Virus record (IMG/VR): IMGVR_UViG_3300035661_000090
Location: 1 to 50,493 of that record
Length of the DNA: 50,493 nucleotides
Direction: 5' to 3' (one strand)
Origin: a virus
Taxonomy: Duplodnaviria; Caudoviricetes
How positions within the stretch are numbered: the stretch's first letter is position 1; every line of letters begins with the position of its first letter. The position numbers and the translations under genes were made by a program. Under the pieces are notes generated by a model. That model was not told the DNA's origin. It saw only the letters and a program-made list of their open reading frames with translations, and did not search any database. This document shows positions 16,998 to 27,379 of this stretch, piece by piece.

Positions 16998-18569
16998 ATG
17001 AGCGACTTGACATCAATCGAATATACCGATCCATATTGGAACGCGGTTAAAGAGTTGTCGCCGAAATCACTCGACGCCTTCTACGGTTGGCTGACGACGA
17101 TTCTCGGCGTTCAGGTTGCGACTTGCAACGTCTGCGAGGAACACTCGGCACCGTTTGCGATGCTCGCCGAACAGTGGTTTGAGCGTCCGCCCATCGCGTT
17201 ATGGCACGGGCCGCGAGGCGGCGGAAAGACGTTTCTCTCGGCGGCTGACTCGTGGATGGAATCGCGGTTCACTCGCAAACTCTCGACGCGAATCCTGGGT
17301 GGTTCAAAAGATCAGTCGTCTCAGATTTACGAGGCGATGAAACGTTTTGCCGCACCCGATCAGGAAGATCATGCGGCGATCAAACAGCTCAACGTTCAGT
17401 CCGGTCGGTTCCAAAACGATTCGCACGTCGCAATTCTCGCCGCGAGCAGCACGAGCGTTCGCGGCCCGCACGTGCAACGATTGAAGCTAGACGAGGTTGA
17501 CGAAATTGAGCCCGACATTCGCGAGTCAGCAATCGGCATGTGTATGGGGTTGCATGGGATCAAACCCTCGATCCTCATGACGTCGACGTGGCATAAAGTC
17601 GGCGGGCCGATGCAAGCGTTGATCGAACGCGGGCGAGCGGGCGAATTCCCGGTCCATTCGTTTTGCTCATTCGAGGTTTTAGAGCGTTGCCCCGAGGATC
17701 GATCGGGCCCTTACGTCGGCGGCGACGCGGTTTATGAGCGATGTCCGTCGTGTCCGATCAAGCGATACTGCCATGACGGATGCGACCGTTTCGACGGTAT
17801 CCCGAAAGCGAAACGATCGGGCGGACACTATACGATCGACTCGTTGGTGCAGAAGGTTCGCTCGGTATCGCTCGCGGCATTCGAGTCGGACTATATGTCG
17901 TGGCGTCCGCCCGTTGCGGGCTTATGGTTTCCGACGTTCTCACGAGCTTCGAATATGACGATCGACGCCGAATACAATCCGTCCCATCCCGTCCACCTCT
18001 CGATCGACTCAGGCGTCTGTACGGGGGCGGTCTGGATTCAGTTTTATCGACGTCTGCTCGGCGGCATATTGACTGACAGCGTGAACATTTTCGCCGATTA
18101 TTACTCGGAGAACGAGCTTGCCTTCGAGGATGCGAAACTCATCCTTGCGAAAGGTGAAACGCTTTGCCAGGGACGTCGCGAGGTATCAACACACGACCCG
18201 GCAGGCGAATCGAGAACGGCGACCGGAACGACCGTGCTCGCCGAATTCGAGCGGGCGGGATTGATGGGCCTGAGGCCGTGGCCACGTCGCGAAATCATCG
18301 ACGGAATCTCGCTTATCGACGCGTTTGTACGAGCGGCGGACGGTAAAGCGGCGCTTCTCGTGCACCCGCGTTGCAAGCACGTTCTTCAGGCGTTTGAAAA
18401 CTACAAACGGGCGAAAGTTCGCGGTGTGTGGCAAGACTATCCACCAGCGCAGGAGCAACACCCATTTGAGGATTTGATCGACCCGATACGAGGCGCGATG
18501 CTCAATAAATATCCCAGCGGTCGACGTCCCGAAACTGGCGTTCTCGTGTCGCCTCGCCGCGTGTTCTGA
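16998..18569 (+). CDS. terL: Terminase large subunit
   Basis: Walker A GPRGGGKT, Walker B LKLDEVDE, motif III TST, nuclease SIDSG and EDLID. Confidence 0.9.
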   Translation: MSDLTSIEYTDPYWNAVKELSPKSLDAFYGWLTTILGVQVATCNVCEEHSAPFAMLAEQWFERPPIALWHGPRGGGKTFLSAADSWMESRFTRKLSTRILGGSKDQSSQIYEAMKRFAAPDQEDHAAIKQLNVQSGRFQNDSHVAILAASSTSVRGPHVQRLKLDEVDEIEPDIRESAIGMCMGLHGIKPSILMTSTWHKVGGPMQALIERGRAGEFPVHSFCSFEVLERCPEDRSGPYVGGDAVYERCPSCPIKRYCHDGCDRFDGIPKAKRSGGHYTIDSLVQKVRSVSLAAFESDYMSWRPPVAGLWFPTFSRASNMTIDAEYNPSHPVHLSIDSGVCTGAVWIQFYRRLLGGILTDSVNIFADYYSENELAFEDAKLILAKGETLCQGRREVSTHDPAGESRTATGTTVLAEFERAGLMGLRPWPRREIIDGISLIDAFVRAADGKAALLVHPRCKHVLQAFENYKRAKVRGVWQDYPPAQEQHPFEDLIDPIRGAMLNKYPSGRRPETGVLVSPRRVF

Positions 18570-18579
18570 GGTAGTACAA

Positions 18580-19059
18580 ATGCTCGACGCTTCGATCGTT
18601 CATCGCGTGTTGTCGCAAGCAACCCAAGCCGCTCAACCGATTCTCGGACTTGAGCGTTGGAAGATAAACACGCGAGTGGAACATATTAGCAACGGCTATT
18701 GTGGAACGTGCGAACGTTCGACGCCCTACCGCCTCGCATGGATCACGCTCGATCCAGAATCGTTCAAATCGACGGGCGAAGAAATCCTCGAAACGATCGT
18801 CCACGAGCTAGTACATATTTTGATATCGCCGACCGACGGGCTTGTTCACGCGGTCAAGAATTGCGGAGTGAGCGAATCAACCGCGAACGTTCTCGAATCG
18901 GCTCGCGAATTAGCGATTGAGCGAACGGTTGAGAACGTGACATACGCATTGAAGCAATTGGGAATTTTCGAGAGGTTGCGAAATGCCTGCGATTACGAAT
19001 CAAGCGGAAGCGGTGAAGCTAGTCGGGAGACGACATCGCGAATGGATGCTCAACAATAA
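18580..19059 (+). CDS. HExxH metallopeptidase-like protein
   Basis: ETIVHELVHI plus a downstream Glu. Confidence 0.7.
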   Translation: MLDASIVHRVLSQATQAAQPILGLERWKINTRVEHISNGYCGTCERSTPYRLAWITLDPESFKSTGEEILETIVHELVHILISPTDGLVHAVKNCGVSESTANVLESARELAIERTVENVTYALKQLGIFERLRNACDYESSGSGEASRETTSRMDAQQ

Positions 19060-20770
19060 ACACTGGCGATTTCTGCTCGATTCGTACGCCTCGGGCGAGC
19101 AATATAGATCGGCGGAATACGGACAGACGAACGCCGGATTGCCGTTGCGTAATCTCGTTCGACACAAGCGAGAATTGCCACTCCCGAACTCCGGCGAGGG
19201 TGGGCGTTACCGCAACCTACCAGGCAACGACCCAGGCTATATTGCCGACGATGATGATTATGAGTATCGGCGAGCGTTGACGCCCGTTCCTGATGTCTTG
19301 CGGCAGACGATTGATAAGCACCTCGCGAGAATTTTCAGCCGATCAATTCATCGCGAAATCGCCGACGACGCGAACGAGCTTGACGTCGTTGACGCGTCGG
19401 GCGTTCGGCTCGGCAAGCAAGCCGAAGAACAGACGGACGCATATAACGGGCCGTTGTCGTTCCTTGAGGAGTGGTGGGAGGACGTTGACGGCAACGGAAC
19501 GACAATCGACTCCTTTATGCGAAAAACGATTGCCCCGTTATTACTCGCCTCGGGTCAGATCGACGTGATCGTCGACCGACCAGCAGCGCCCGAGGGCGTC
19601 AAGATTGTTACGAAAGCCGACGAGGAGACGTACGGGGTCGATAAAATCGTTGTCGGATTCATTTTGCCCGAGCACGTGGTTTGGTGGCGTCTCTGCTCGG
19701 GGAAGCGCGAATATGAGGAGGTCGTGATTCGCGAAGCCCACGAGGACGCCGAAGGGCAACCCAAGTTCCGTTATCGACATTGGACGACAACGGACTCGAC
19801 TTTATACGAGGAGGACGGGAAGCTCGTCGCCAACGTTCCGCATTCGTACGGTCGGGTTCCTATACGTCGATTCGCTGACGGTTGGTCGACGGTTCATCGC
19901 AACGTCGGCGTGTCGGCTTACGAGGCAATCGCGATTCGGCAGCGAACGATTTATAATCGCATGAGTGAATTGATTCTTGCCGATACGTATCAGGCGTTTC
20001 CGATCATGCAATGTCCCGAGACCATGCTGTCCTCGGACGGATCGGTTAGCGTCGGACCCAACTATATTTTGAAAATGGTTCCTTCACCGGATCAATCGCG
20101 ATTTCAGGGATTTGAAGCGGTCGAAATTCCGACGACGGGAATCGATTCGATTCGCAAGAATATTACCGACGACCTCGACGCGTGCGACCGAAGCGCGGCA
20201 CTGACGAAGCCCGCAGGAATGAACGGAAAAGGAACGGTCGGACAATCGGGAATCTCTAAGGAGCTCGACCAACAGGACGGCAATGCAATCTTGAGTGAGC
20301 GAGCGCAAACGCTTTGCGATGTCGAACGAGGAATTGCCGAACTTGTTTTGATCGTCGGGCTTAATCGACCCCCGACGATCGCCGAGCGTCAAGCGGTGTC
20401 GATTACTTATCCTTTGAAGTTCGACCTTTATACTTCGAGCGACCTTGCCGACTTAATCGAACGACTTCAAGGAATCCTTGATCGTGTTTCGGAGCTTCCG
20501 ACGTTATCATATGAGCTACTGTCTCGACTTGTTAACTTGATGTTGCCTGGCCTTACAGCAACGCAACAGGAAGCGGTCGAGGATGAGTTAGAGGCATTTG
20601 TCGAACAACGCTCGCGAGAGGCGGGAGAGCAAGCGGAAGCGGTTGAAGCATCAACGCCGCTCGGTTCAGGCGTTCGACAAGACCTCGACGACAACTCGTC
20701 GGGAATGATGGGTGAGGCAGTCGGGGCGGCGTTCGCTCCGACGAAAACGATGGGCAATTACGCTTACTAA
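18983..20770 (+). CDS. Portal protein
   Basis: Size, position after TerL, YEYRRALT, HSYGRVPI and QSGISKELD portal-like motifs. Confidence 0.8.
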   Translation: MPAITNQAEAVKLVGRRHREWMLNNKHWRFLLDSYASGEQYRSAEYGQTNAGLPLRNLVRHKRELPLPNSGEGGRYRNLPGNDPGYIADDDDYEYRRALTPVPDVLRQTIDKHLARIFSRSIHREIADDANELDVVDASGVRLGKQAEEQTDAYNGPLSFLEEWWEDVDGNGTTIDSFMRKTIAPLLLASGQIDVIVDRPAAPEGVKIVTKADEETYGVDKIVVGFILPEHVVWWRLCSGKREYEEVVIREAHEDAEGQPKFRYRHWTTTDSTLYEEDGKLVANVPHSYGRVPIRRFADGWSTVHRNVGVSAYEAIAIRQRTIYNRMSELILADTYQAFPIMQCPETMLSSDGSVSVGPNYILKMVPSPDQSRFQGFEAVEIPTTGIDSIRKNITDDLDACDRSAALTKPAGMNGKGTVGQSGISKELDQQDGNAILSERAQTLCDVERGIAELVLIVGLNRPPTIAERQAVSITYPLKFDLYTSSDLADLIERLQGILDRVSELPTLSYELLSRLVNLMLPGLTATQQEAVEDELEAFVEQRSREAGEQAEAVEASTPLGSGVRQDLDDNSSGMMGEAVGAAFAPTKTMGNYAY

Positions 20771-20796
20771 TTTCAGACAAAACGAAAGGGCCTCGA

Positions 20797-22023
20797 ATGA
20801 ATTTCGATCCGAACAATCCCGCAGGCAACAACCTTGCAAACGTGCAACCGATTGCCGTTTCCATGCCTGCGTTCGGCGCTCCACTCACGCAACAAAACAC
20901 GGCACCCCAATCGCCAGCGCAACAACCGCAGCAATTCGGGCAACCGCAATTCCCGCCGCAGCAATTCGCACAACCTCAGTCGCAACCGGTTCAATACTCG
21001 CAACCTGTCGCGCAACAGCAACCGCTTTACCCGACGTTCAACCCGTACGCAGCCGCGCCTCAGATCACGCCCCAGGCGACTCAATATCCGACCGGCGTCG
21101 CTCCGTATGTTGCGCCTCCTCAATCGCAATCGCCGATCACGCAACAGCAACCGCCGCAGCAATTCAACTATCTGCCGCCGCCTCAATTCGCACCCCCGAC
21201 GTTCGGCTCGCCGACTGGATTCTCGTTGACGCCTTCACAGCCGATCGTCGGTCAGACGACGAACGCGAATCCTAATCAGGCAATCACGTTTGCACCTTTG
21301 CAACAGTCGCAGCCCCAGGCGATCGCCCCGATGCAATCGAGTGCGAATAATGGGACGGTTGCAATTCCTCAATCGGCGCTTGACGAATTGCTCGCCGTTC
21401 GTGATCAAGCATCGCTCCTGAGGCAGCAAGTCGCCGCAAGTCAACAGGCCGCACAACAGGCCGAGATTATTGCCGCACAGCAGAACGGGCAATATCAGCG
21501 TGCTGTCGAATTGCTCGCGCAACAGGCAAACGGTCGTATCGTCGAACTTCAAACGCAATTGACCTCGAATCAGGCGTTGACGTCAAATTCGCTTAAGCAG
21601 GCTGAGATCAATCGAACGCTTGCCAATCGTCTCGATCTCGTCGAAGGCGCAGCGCAACACCTCGCCAATGCGTTGATGCAAGACCCTATGATCGAGGTGG
21701 CCCAGAACGGCAATCAATTCGTCGTCAGGACCAGGACGCTCGAATCGATTGATTCTCACGTGTCGCGTATTCTCGCGGCTCCCGAGAATCGGCTTTTCCT
21801 GCGAGCGACATCGACGGGCGGCTCGGGTGCCGTTCAGGCAATTAACACCTTCGGGCAAGCTCCTGCGAGCCAGCAGCAATACACGCCGTCCAATTTGGGC
21901 GAGGCGATTATCGCCGACTATCGAAATTCGTTCGGGGCACAGACTAGCTTGCCCGTGACCGAACTTCGCCCATCGTTCGGAGCGATATTTCAGCCCGCCC
22001 GTTATGGCACCGGGTTGAATTGA
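20797..22023 (+). CDS. Probable head scaffolding protein with long Q/P-rich N-terminus
   Basis: Between portal and capsid; coiled coil plus a GGSG motif. Confidence 0.65.
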   Translation: MNFDPNNPAGNNLANVQPIAVSMPAFGAPLTQQNTAPQSPAQQPQQFGQPQFPPQQFAQPQSQPVQYSQPVAQQQPLYPTFNPYAAAPQITPQATQYPTGVAPYVAPPQSQSPITQQQPPQQFNYLPPPQFAPPTFGSPTGFSLTPSQPIVGQTTNANPNQAITFAPLQQSQPQAIAPMQSSANNGTVAIPQSALDELLAVRDQASLLRQQVAASQQAAQQAEIIAAQQNGQYQRAVELLAQQANGRIVELQTQLTSNQALTSNSLKQAEINRTLANRLDLVEGAAQHLANALMQDPMIEVAQNGNQFVVRTRTLESIDSHVSRILAAPENRLFLRATSTGGSGAVQAINTFGQAPASQQQYTPSNLGEAIIADYRNSFGAQTSLPVTELRPSFGAIFQPARYGTGLN

Positions 22024-22125
22024 CGTAGCGACACAATCACGCGCAACGATATTAATCGAATCGACAGGCGAGCAAACGAGCAATAGTCGATTACAGAAGT
22101 CCTTAACCATTTATGGGAAACCATC

Positions 22126-23337
22126 ATGGGAACTTTCGCTGCGGGTTATTTCGGCGTATCGGACGCAAGCGTTGCGATCCAGAACAACATTACGCCAGTT
22201 ATCGATCAGTTTTACGTGAACTTCGCTCCGTTCTTCACAAGGCTCCAACGCCAACCCGTTGAAACGCCAGACTTCCAGGTCACGAGCTACGGTTATCGTC
22301 CTCGCTCGTTCTCGATTGGAGCGACGATCACGGCGGCGGGAAGTGCGGGCGCTGCCGGCACGTTGACGTTCCTCGACGCGTCGTACCTACAGATGGGCGA
22401 CATCATCGAACTATCCAGCGGCGAGCAAGTCGAGTGCACCGCGAACCCTGATACGAACGCAAATACGATCGCCGTTCGTCGTCAGATATCGGGATCGACC
22501 ACTGCGGGAATTACCTACACCGCAAGCCCGTCCTCGGGCTCGGCGGCGGAACTTGCAAACACGGCCTATCTGGTTTCTAACTCACGAACGGGTGCGGAAA
22601 TCGATCAGCAGGCGAACGCATTCAAACCCACCACACTTACTTATTACTGCCAGACGTTCCAGTATCCCGTTCAGGTTGGCGGTAGTGCTGAGACGACTCG
22701 GCAATTCCTGCCGATGGGGCAGTCGACACCCTTCACGGGGCAGAGGATGGTGAAGCTCACTGACATGGCTCGCGACATCGAAACGGGGATTTATTACAAC
22801 AAACCCGAAGCGTTTGGAGCGAACGGAAACACGCGTCGAAAGATGGCGGGGCTTCGCTCGTTGATTCGCTCGACAAACGTCACTACCGCTCCCACGAACG
22901 CCTCGACGTATCGGGCTGAGGATTACGTTCGCGACGTTCTGTTGAAGGCAAAAACGGGCGGCGGATATCCCGACGTAATCGGGATGTCGACTTTGTTCAT
23001 GCAAGGCCTCTTCACCTGGGGGCACGCCTTGCAGCGAATCGTCAATCCTCAGACGGGAGCCCCTTACCAGACCGCAATGGGCGTGAACATCAACATGTTC
23101 CGAGCGCCATTCCTTGAGGATATCGTGATCCTCGAAGCGCCTCTCCTTCGCGGTTACACGTCGTTCGCGTTGACGTCGAGCGACGTCAAAGTCCGGGTCA
23201 AGCGCGACCCGTATTGGAACCCTCGCGCGATTCGTGGCGATGCAACCGAAGGCGAATGGTTGGGCGAGCTTGGGCTTGATTGCGAGCATCCGTCGTATCA
23301 TGCCTGGGTCGAAGGCGTGACCGCGTTCGCCGCCTAA
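22126..23337 (+). CDS. Major capsid protein (SU10/DUF5309-like) with inserted beta domain
   Basis: YCQTF.YPVQVGGS, DMARDIETGIYY and RKMAGLRSLI motifs; position after scaffold; followed by a terminator. Confidence 0.8.
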   Translation: MGTFAAGYFGVSDASVAIQNNITPVIDQFYVNFAPFFTRLQRQPVETPDFQVTSYGYRPRSFSIGATITAAGSAGAAGTLTFLDASYLQMGDIIELSSGEQVECTANPDTNANTIAVRRQISGSTTAGITYTASPSSGSAAELANTAYLVSNSRTGAEIDQQANAFKPTTLTYYCQTFQYPVQVGGSAETTRQFLPMGQSTPFTGQRMVKLTDMARDIETGIYYNKPEAFGANGNTRRKMAGLRSLIRSTNVTTAPTNASTYRAEDYVRDVLLKAKTGGGYPDVIGMSTLFMQGLFTWGHALQRIVNPQTGAPYQTAMGVNINMFRAPFLEDIVILEAPLLRGYTSFALTSSDVKVRVKRDPYWNPRAIRGDATEGEWLGELGLDCEHPSYHAWVEGVTAFAA

Positions 23338-23374
23338 TCGATTCGCATATTGATTAGCGTAAACTTGTTGATTT

Positions 23375-23412
23375 GTCGCCGTCACGTTTCGCGCGTGGCG
23401 GCGACGTTGTTT
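23375..23412 (+). terminator. Terminator after the capsid gene
   Basis: 12-bp stem GTCGCCGTCACG/CGTGGCGGCGAC followed by GTTGTTT. Confidence 0.65.
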
Positions 23413-23440
23413 CGATTCGTTCCTTGCTGGGAGAACCATC

Positions 23441-23986
23441 GTGAAAAGCTCGGGCCATGTTTTCGTCGGTTTCACGCCTTACGTCGAGCGGGCGTCGGAA
23501 TTCGTTGGCGTCGAGCCCAATGGACTCGGCGAGCTTATGAGGACCAACATCGTTCAGAACCTGGGGCGATTGCTCGCCAACGGTCAATCGCACGACGGCG
23601 ACACGCTCCGCGATTTCATGGCGTCCGCCGAACGGTACCGAAATAACATCGCCGCATTATTGCTCGCGATCGATTTCGCGATCAGCGACGAGCATAAGGA
23701 ACACGACGAGCTTGAGGCTTACAAGCCTCTCGTGTATCTTACTCGCGGCGAACCAACGCTGCCGGCTACGCCACAAACGCAAAACCGCCCCATGACAAAC
23801 AAGGAAAAACGGATTGCCGCGAAGCTCGCGAAAGGCGCGAACGTTCAAAGCGATAACGTGCCCGACGACGAGGCAGAGGTCGAGAATGATCAACCCGGAG
23901 AACCTGGCGGCGAAACAATTGAGAATCTCGGCGGAGAAATCCCGAGCAGTCAAACAAGTGAAGGAGATAGTCAAAACAGCAATTGA
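23441..23986 (+). CDS. Hypothetical head-region protein, acidic C-terminus
   Basis: GGAGA RBS, GTG start. Confidence 0.7.
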   Translation: MKSSGHVFVGFTPYVERASEFVGVEPNGLGELMRTNIVQNLGRLLANGQSHDGDTLRDFMASAERYRNNIAALLLAIDFAISDEHKEHDELEAYKPLVYLTRGEPTLPATPQTQNRPMTNKEKRIAAKLAKGANVQSDNVPDDEAEVENDQPGEPGGETIENLGGEIPSSQTSEGDSQNSN

Positions 23987-24530
23987 AAACATACACGCCC
24001 ACGCATCGCTTGCCTTGTCATATGCGGCAAGCGAGAACGACGGGCGAGCGTTCATTCGGGTTCGTAACACCCTTAATTACGCGCACGCACAACAGCACGT
24101 CGCGGCGTTGCGTTCGCCAATCATCGAAGCGATCGGAAACACTCGCGAGGCGACGTATCGTATCGCTCATGAGGAATGGGCGAAATTGATTCCTCTCGAA
24201 TCGCAACGATTCGCCGAGCCGAAATTGACGACCGGGGCACTTGCTCGAATTCGTTCGGCGACCTTGCACGGAAAGCAAATCCACGAGGACGTCGCGAACC
24301 TCGTTGAAGAGGCGGGATCGTCGCTGCTCGCGGCGTTGTCGATCGCATCGAAAGGGAACGCGGGGCAGACGTTGAAGGCGTGGAAGGATCGTCAGATTGA
24401 CGTGATCACGCATCAACTTCAAGCGATGATCGTAAGCTCGCAAACGTTTGCCGACGTCACGGCCTCTCGTGATCTCATCAAGGAGGACTTACTAACTCCC
24501 GAGGCGATCGCACATGGCGGGACGGAATAG
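23958..24530 (+). CDS. Helical protein, possibly the N-terminal half of a split MuF/gp7 head protein
   Basis: Long open frame directly overlapping the MuF-motif gene. Start uncertain. Confidence 0.55.
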   Translation: MKEIVKTAIENIHAHASLALSYAASENDGRAFIRVRNTLNYAHAQQHVAALRSPIIEAIGNTREATYRIAHEEWAKLIPLESQRFAEPKLTTGALARIRSATLHGKQIHEDVANLVEEAGSSLLAALSIASKGNAGQTLKAWKDRQIDVITHQLQAMIVSSQTFADVTASRDLIKEDLLTPEAIAHGGTE

Positions 24531-25956
24531 GGCAAGCATAAGCGGCGACCCAGGGCAGAGATGGAAAAACAACTCGGGGCGAGTGCAATGGCAGTTGATA
24601 GTAAACTGGCATAATTCCTGCGCTCGTTGCATTCAATACGATCACCAGATTGCGCCGTGGTGGTCGATTCCATTCCATTACGGTTGCAATTGCGAACAAG
24701 TTCCGATCGCAGTCGGAGCGACGGCAAAGCCGTTCGTGGATTATCGGGAGAAGATTCGCGAGCTTGACCGCAAGCAATTAACGAAGGTCATGGGGCGTGC
24801 GAATCTTCAGCTCGTCGAGGCTGGTATCGTCAAATGGGACGACGTTGTTACACGCTCGCGAATCCTAGACTTCCATGAGGTCGTCGACCGATTCAGCTTG
24901 TCGACAAAAGCGATGAGCAGGGCGGGCGTTTCGCCGGGTGTGATTCGACGCGCGAAAGCGATGACCTCGACGACGGCACACACGACGACGACCGCGCGGC
25001 AAGCGGAGCTCGTCGATCAACTCAAATCCAAGGGGGCGAAGGATGAAGAAATCAAGCGGCGAGCAAAGGAACTTCTCGGGGCAAGATTTGGTGTCGAGCC
25101 TGGGCACGGGCAAAAGCAAACAATCATCCCGAGCGGTCCCCAAACTCCTAACCGCCCCAGCGGTCAACCAAAATCCCCCGCCGCTCCCGGCAATGCGACC
25201 GTTAAAAGGCCGATAGACCGGCCTCAGATCGATTCTAACGCGTCCACCGGGGGAGCGACGTCGAATCGTAGCGGCACGAACGTCGCGGGCGTTAAATCGC
25301 CGCCTACGGGTTCGCCCGGTCCAGCGACGACAACAACGACACGTCCCGAAACGATTCCCCCAAGGCTGGGGCGTCCGGTCGTCGTGAAAACGGGCGGCAA
25401 GATTTTCAAGGAATTCGAGTCGAGCACAAACGGAGCAAAGTGGGCCCGCGAGCAGTATAGACCTTGGGCGAATCGATTGAGCGACGAGCAATCGAAATCC
25501 TTCGGAGCATTCAAGCGATCCGCCGAGCCTGGTTTCAACGTCTCGCTGCGTGCCGAGACGACGTTGACAACGACGCAGGCGAAAACGGTTGCCTTGCTCG
25601 ACGCGTCGATTGCAAAGGCTCGTGCTCCTCAGAATGTCGCTGCGTATCGCGGGCTCGACATTCCGCCGAACGATCCGTCGCTCACGGTCGGCTCAACGAT
25701 CGCCGACGACGGTTTCGCAACCGCTCTGCTAAGTCGTCGAGCAATCGAAAACGAGATGGGAGACGTCGGCGAGTCCGTCGTTCTCAAAATGCTCGTCGAA
25801 CGAGGATCGAGAGTCGCGTCGCTCGATGCCGTCAACGCATCCAATCAAGGCGAGTTGATTTTCCCGCGTGGCACTCAATTTCGGATCGTGTCGATCACGT
25901 CGCCGAAGAGAAAATCAGACCGCCACGTTATTACCGTGGAGATTATCAATGAGTAG
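24514..25956 (+). CDS. MuF-like head protein fused to C-terminal VIP2/C3-like ADP-ribosyltransferase domain
   Basis: N-terminal CARC...PFHYGCNC (MuF Cys/His motif); C-terminal AYRG, DDGFATA, QGELIFPRG. Confidence 0.8.
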   Translation: MAGRNRASISGDPGQRWKNNSGRVQWQLIVNWHNSCARCIQYDHQIAPWWSIPFHYGCNCEQVPIAVGATAKPFVDYREKIRELDRKQLTKVMGRANLQLVEAGIVKWDDVVTRSRILDFHEVVDRFSLSTKAMSRAGVSPGVIRRAKAMTSTTAHTTTTARQAELVDQLKSKGAKDEEIKRRAKELLGARFGVEPGHGQKQTIIPSGPQTPNRPSGQPKSPAAPGNATVKRPIDRPQIDSNASTGGATSNRSGTNVAGVKSPPTGSPGPATTTTTRPETIPPRLGRPVVVKTGGKIFKEFESSTNGAKWAREQYRPWANRLSDEQSKSFGAFKRSAEPGFNVSLRAETTLTTTQAKTVALLDASIAKARAPQNVAAYRGLDIPPNDPSLTVGSTIADDGFATALLSRRAIENEMGDVGESVVLKMLVERGSRVASLDAVNASNQGELIFPRGTQFRIVSITSPKRKSDRHVITVEIINE

Positions 25957-26098
25957 ACGAGTCTGGACCCGCGAACAGATCAAAATCAAACCGCCGCCTA
26001 GTGACGAAAAACGACTGGCCGATTTACTCGAATCGATTCGAGCTTATATCGGTTTGCATTCGACATCGTCGCTCGTTGAATCGAAAGGCAATCAATGA
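25949..26098 (+). CDS. Small protein, candidate immunity partner of the ART domain
   Basis: 49 aa with GGAG RBS, overlapping the ART stop. Function inferred from position only. Confidence 0.45.
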   Translation: MSRRVWTREQIKIKPPPSDEKRLADLLESIRAYIGLHSTSSLVESKGNQ

Positions 26099-26766
26099 GT
26101 TATGAGTCGATCACTTATTGCACAGACGAGGCGATTGCAAAATGGGCCTCCGAGGATTACTCAATCCTAACTCCGGTCGATCAAAAGGTGTGGGCGGGAA
26201 CGGACGGCGTGTTTTCGTCGGACAATCGCTGGGCGTTATCGTCGGCATCGATTGACCCACTTGCCGCAGGTGTAACAGCCGGCATGCTCGTGCTCTTGAC
26301 CGCTCCGACTGCGAACTTCAAAAAGCCGGGCGAATTACTCGTCGTCTCAAGCGTCGCCACAAACGTCGTCACCCTCAAGCGCCGACTCACGACATCGGCG
26401 GGCGTTCCTCCCGGACCTTCGACCGGAGTGAGTGCGGTCGAATTCTCGTGCCTCAGTTTGCAAGTTCAGATCGAGCAGATGAGCTACCGCATCAATCAAT
26501 TGTTCGGCATGAGTACGCAGCGTGGCGTCAAGCCTGCCGACTTGCTCGACACTCGCGAGCTTGAGCAACTTTGTGCTTACGGCGTCCTTGCCGAGCAGTA
26601 CGCGAATCGGGCCCATACGATGGAAACGAAGGACGCATTTGTTGCAAAAGCCGAACGGTTCAAGAATCTTTTCAACGAGCTTCGCTCAAATCTCAACGTA
26701 CACCTCAACGCGACGCTCGCCGGGCCGAAGGAAATCTCCTCAACGTCCGGTCGTTTTGTAAGGTGA
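26095..26766 (+). CDS. Probable head-tail adaptor / virion protein
   Basis: Starts YCTDEAI; position after head genes. Confidence 0.55.
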   Translation: MSYESITYCTDEAIAKWASEDYSILTPVDQKVWAGTDGVFSSDNRWALSSASIDPLAAGVTAGMLVLLTAPTANFKKPGELLVVSSVATNVVTLKRRLTTSAGVPPGPSTGVSAVEFSCLSLQVQIEQMSYRINQLFGMSTQRGVKPADLLDTRELEQLCAYGVLAEQYANRAHTMETKDAFVAKAERFKNLFNELRSNLNVHLNATLAGPKEISSTSGRFVR

Positions 26767-26770
26767 TGAT

Positions 26771-27370
26771 ATGCCTATCCCGGTAATTGTGTACGACGTT
26801 TTCAGCAACGATGGGCACGGCGGGCCGATCGATTACACGACGCCGATCGGAACGACGTCGTCGCTATCGTACGTCCTGCCATCGCTTGCAACGTCGGCCG
26901 ATTGGTCGTTCGGCGTACGATCACGAGACACCGCGAACGCAGTCACCGATCTCAATGTCGATGCTCGTGTGAGGATCCATCTCGACGCATCGGGGAACGA
27001 TCTCGCCTCGTTGCCTAATCCTCCGGTGTCGATGAATGCAACGCCATCGAAGGCGGGCGGCGTTTATCTCACCTGGCAGTACGAACGACGCGGGCAAGGG
27101 GCGTTACCGAAGTCGTTCAAGGTTTATATTACTCCCGTCTCGGCGGGTTCGCCGTCGTGGATCACGCCAGCCGCTTCGATTGCATTTCGAGCCGATCGCG
27201 ATTTATACGCCGCGACCGTTGGAGGATTATCTAACGGCGTCGAATATTTCTTAGGCGTTCGCTCGTCGAACGATGCTGGAATTGAAAGCAACGTGAACGT
27301 TCTCCGAGTCGTTGGCGACAATAGCCCGCCAACGAGTGTACTCGGTTTATCATCAGAGCTATTCGCGTAA
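26771..27370 (+). CDS. Fibronectin type III-like virion protein
   Basis: PNPP...VYLTW...FKVY...GLSNGVEYFLGVRS.N..G.ES. Confidence 0.75.
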   Translation: MPIPVIVYDVFSNDGHGGPIDYTTPIGTTSSLSYVLPSLATSADWSFGVRSRDTANAVTDLNVDARVRIHLDASGNDLASLPNPPVSMNATPSKAGGVYLTWQYERRGQGALPKSFKVYITPVSAGSPSWITPAASIAFRADRDLYAATVGGLSNGVEYFLGVRSSNDAGIESNVNVLRVVGDNSPPTSVLGLSSELFA

Positions 27371-27379
27371 AGGATCATT

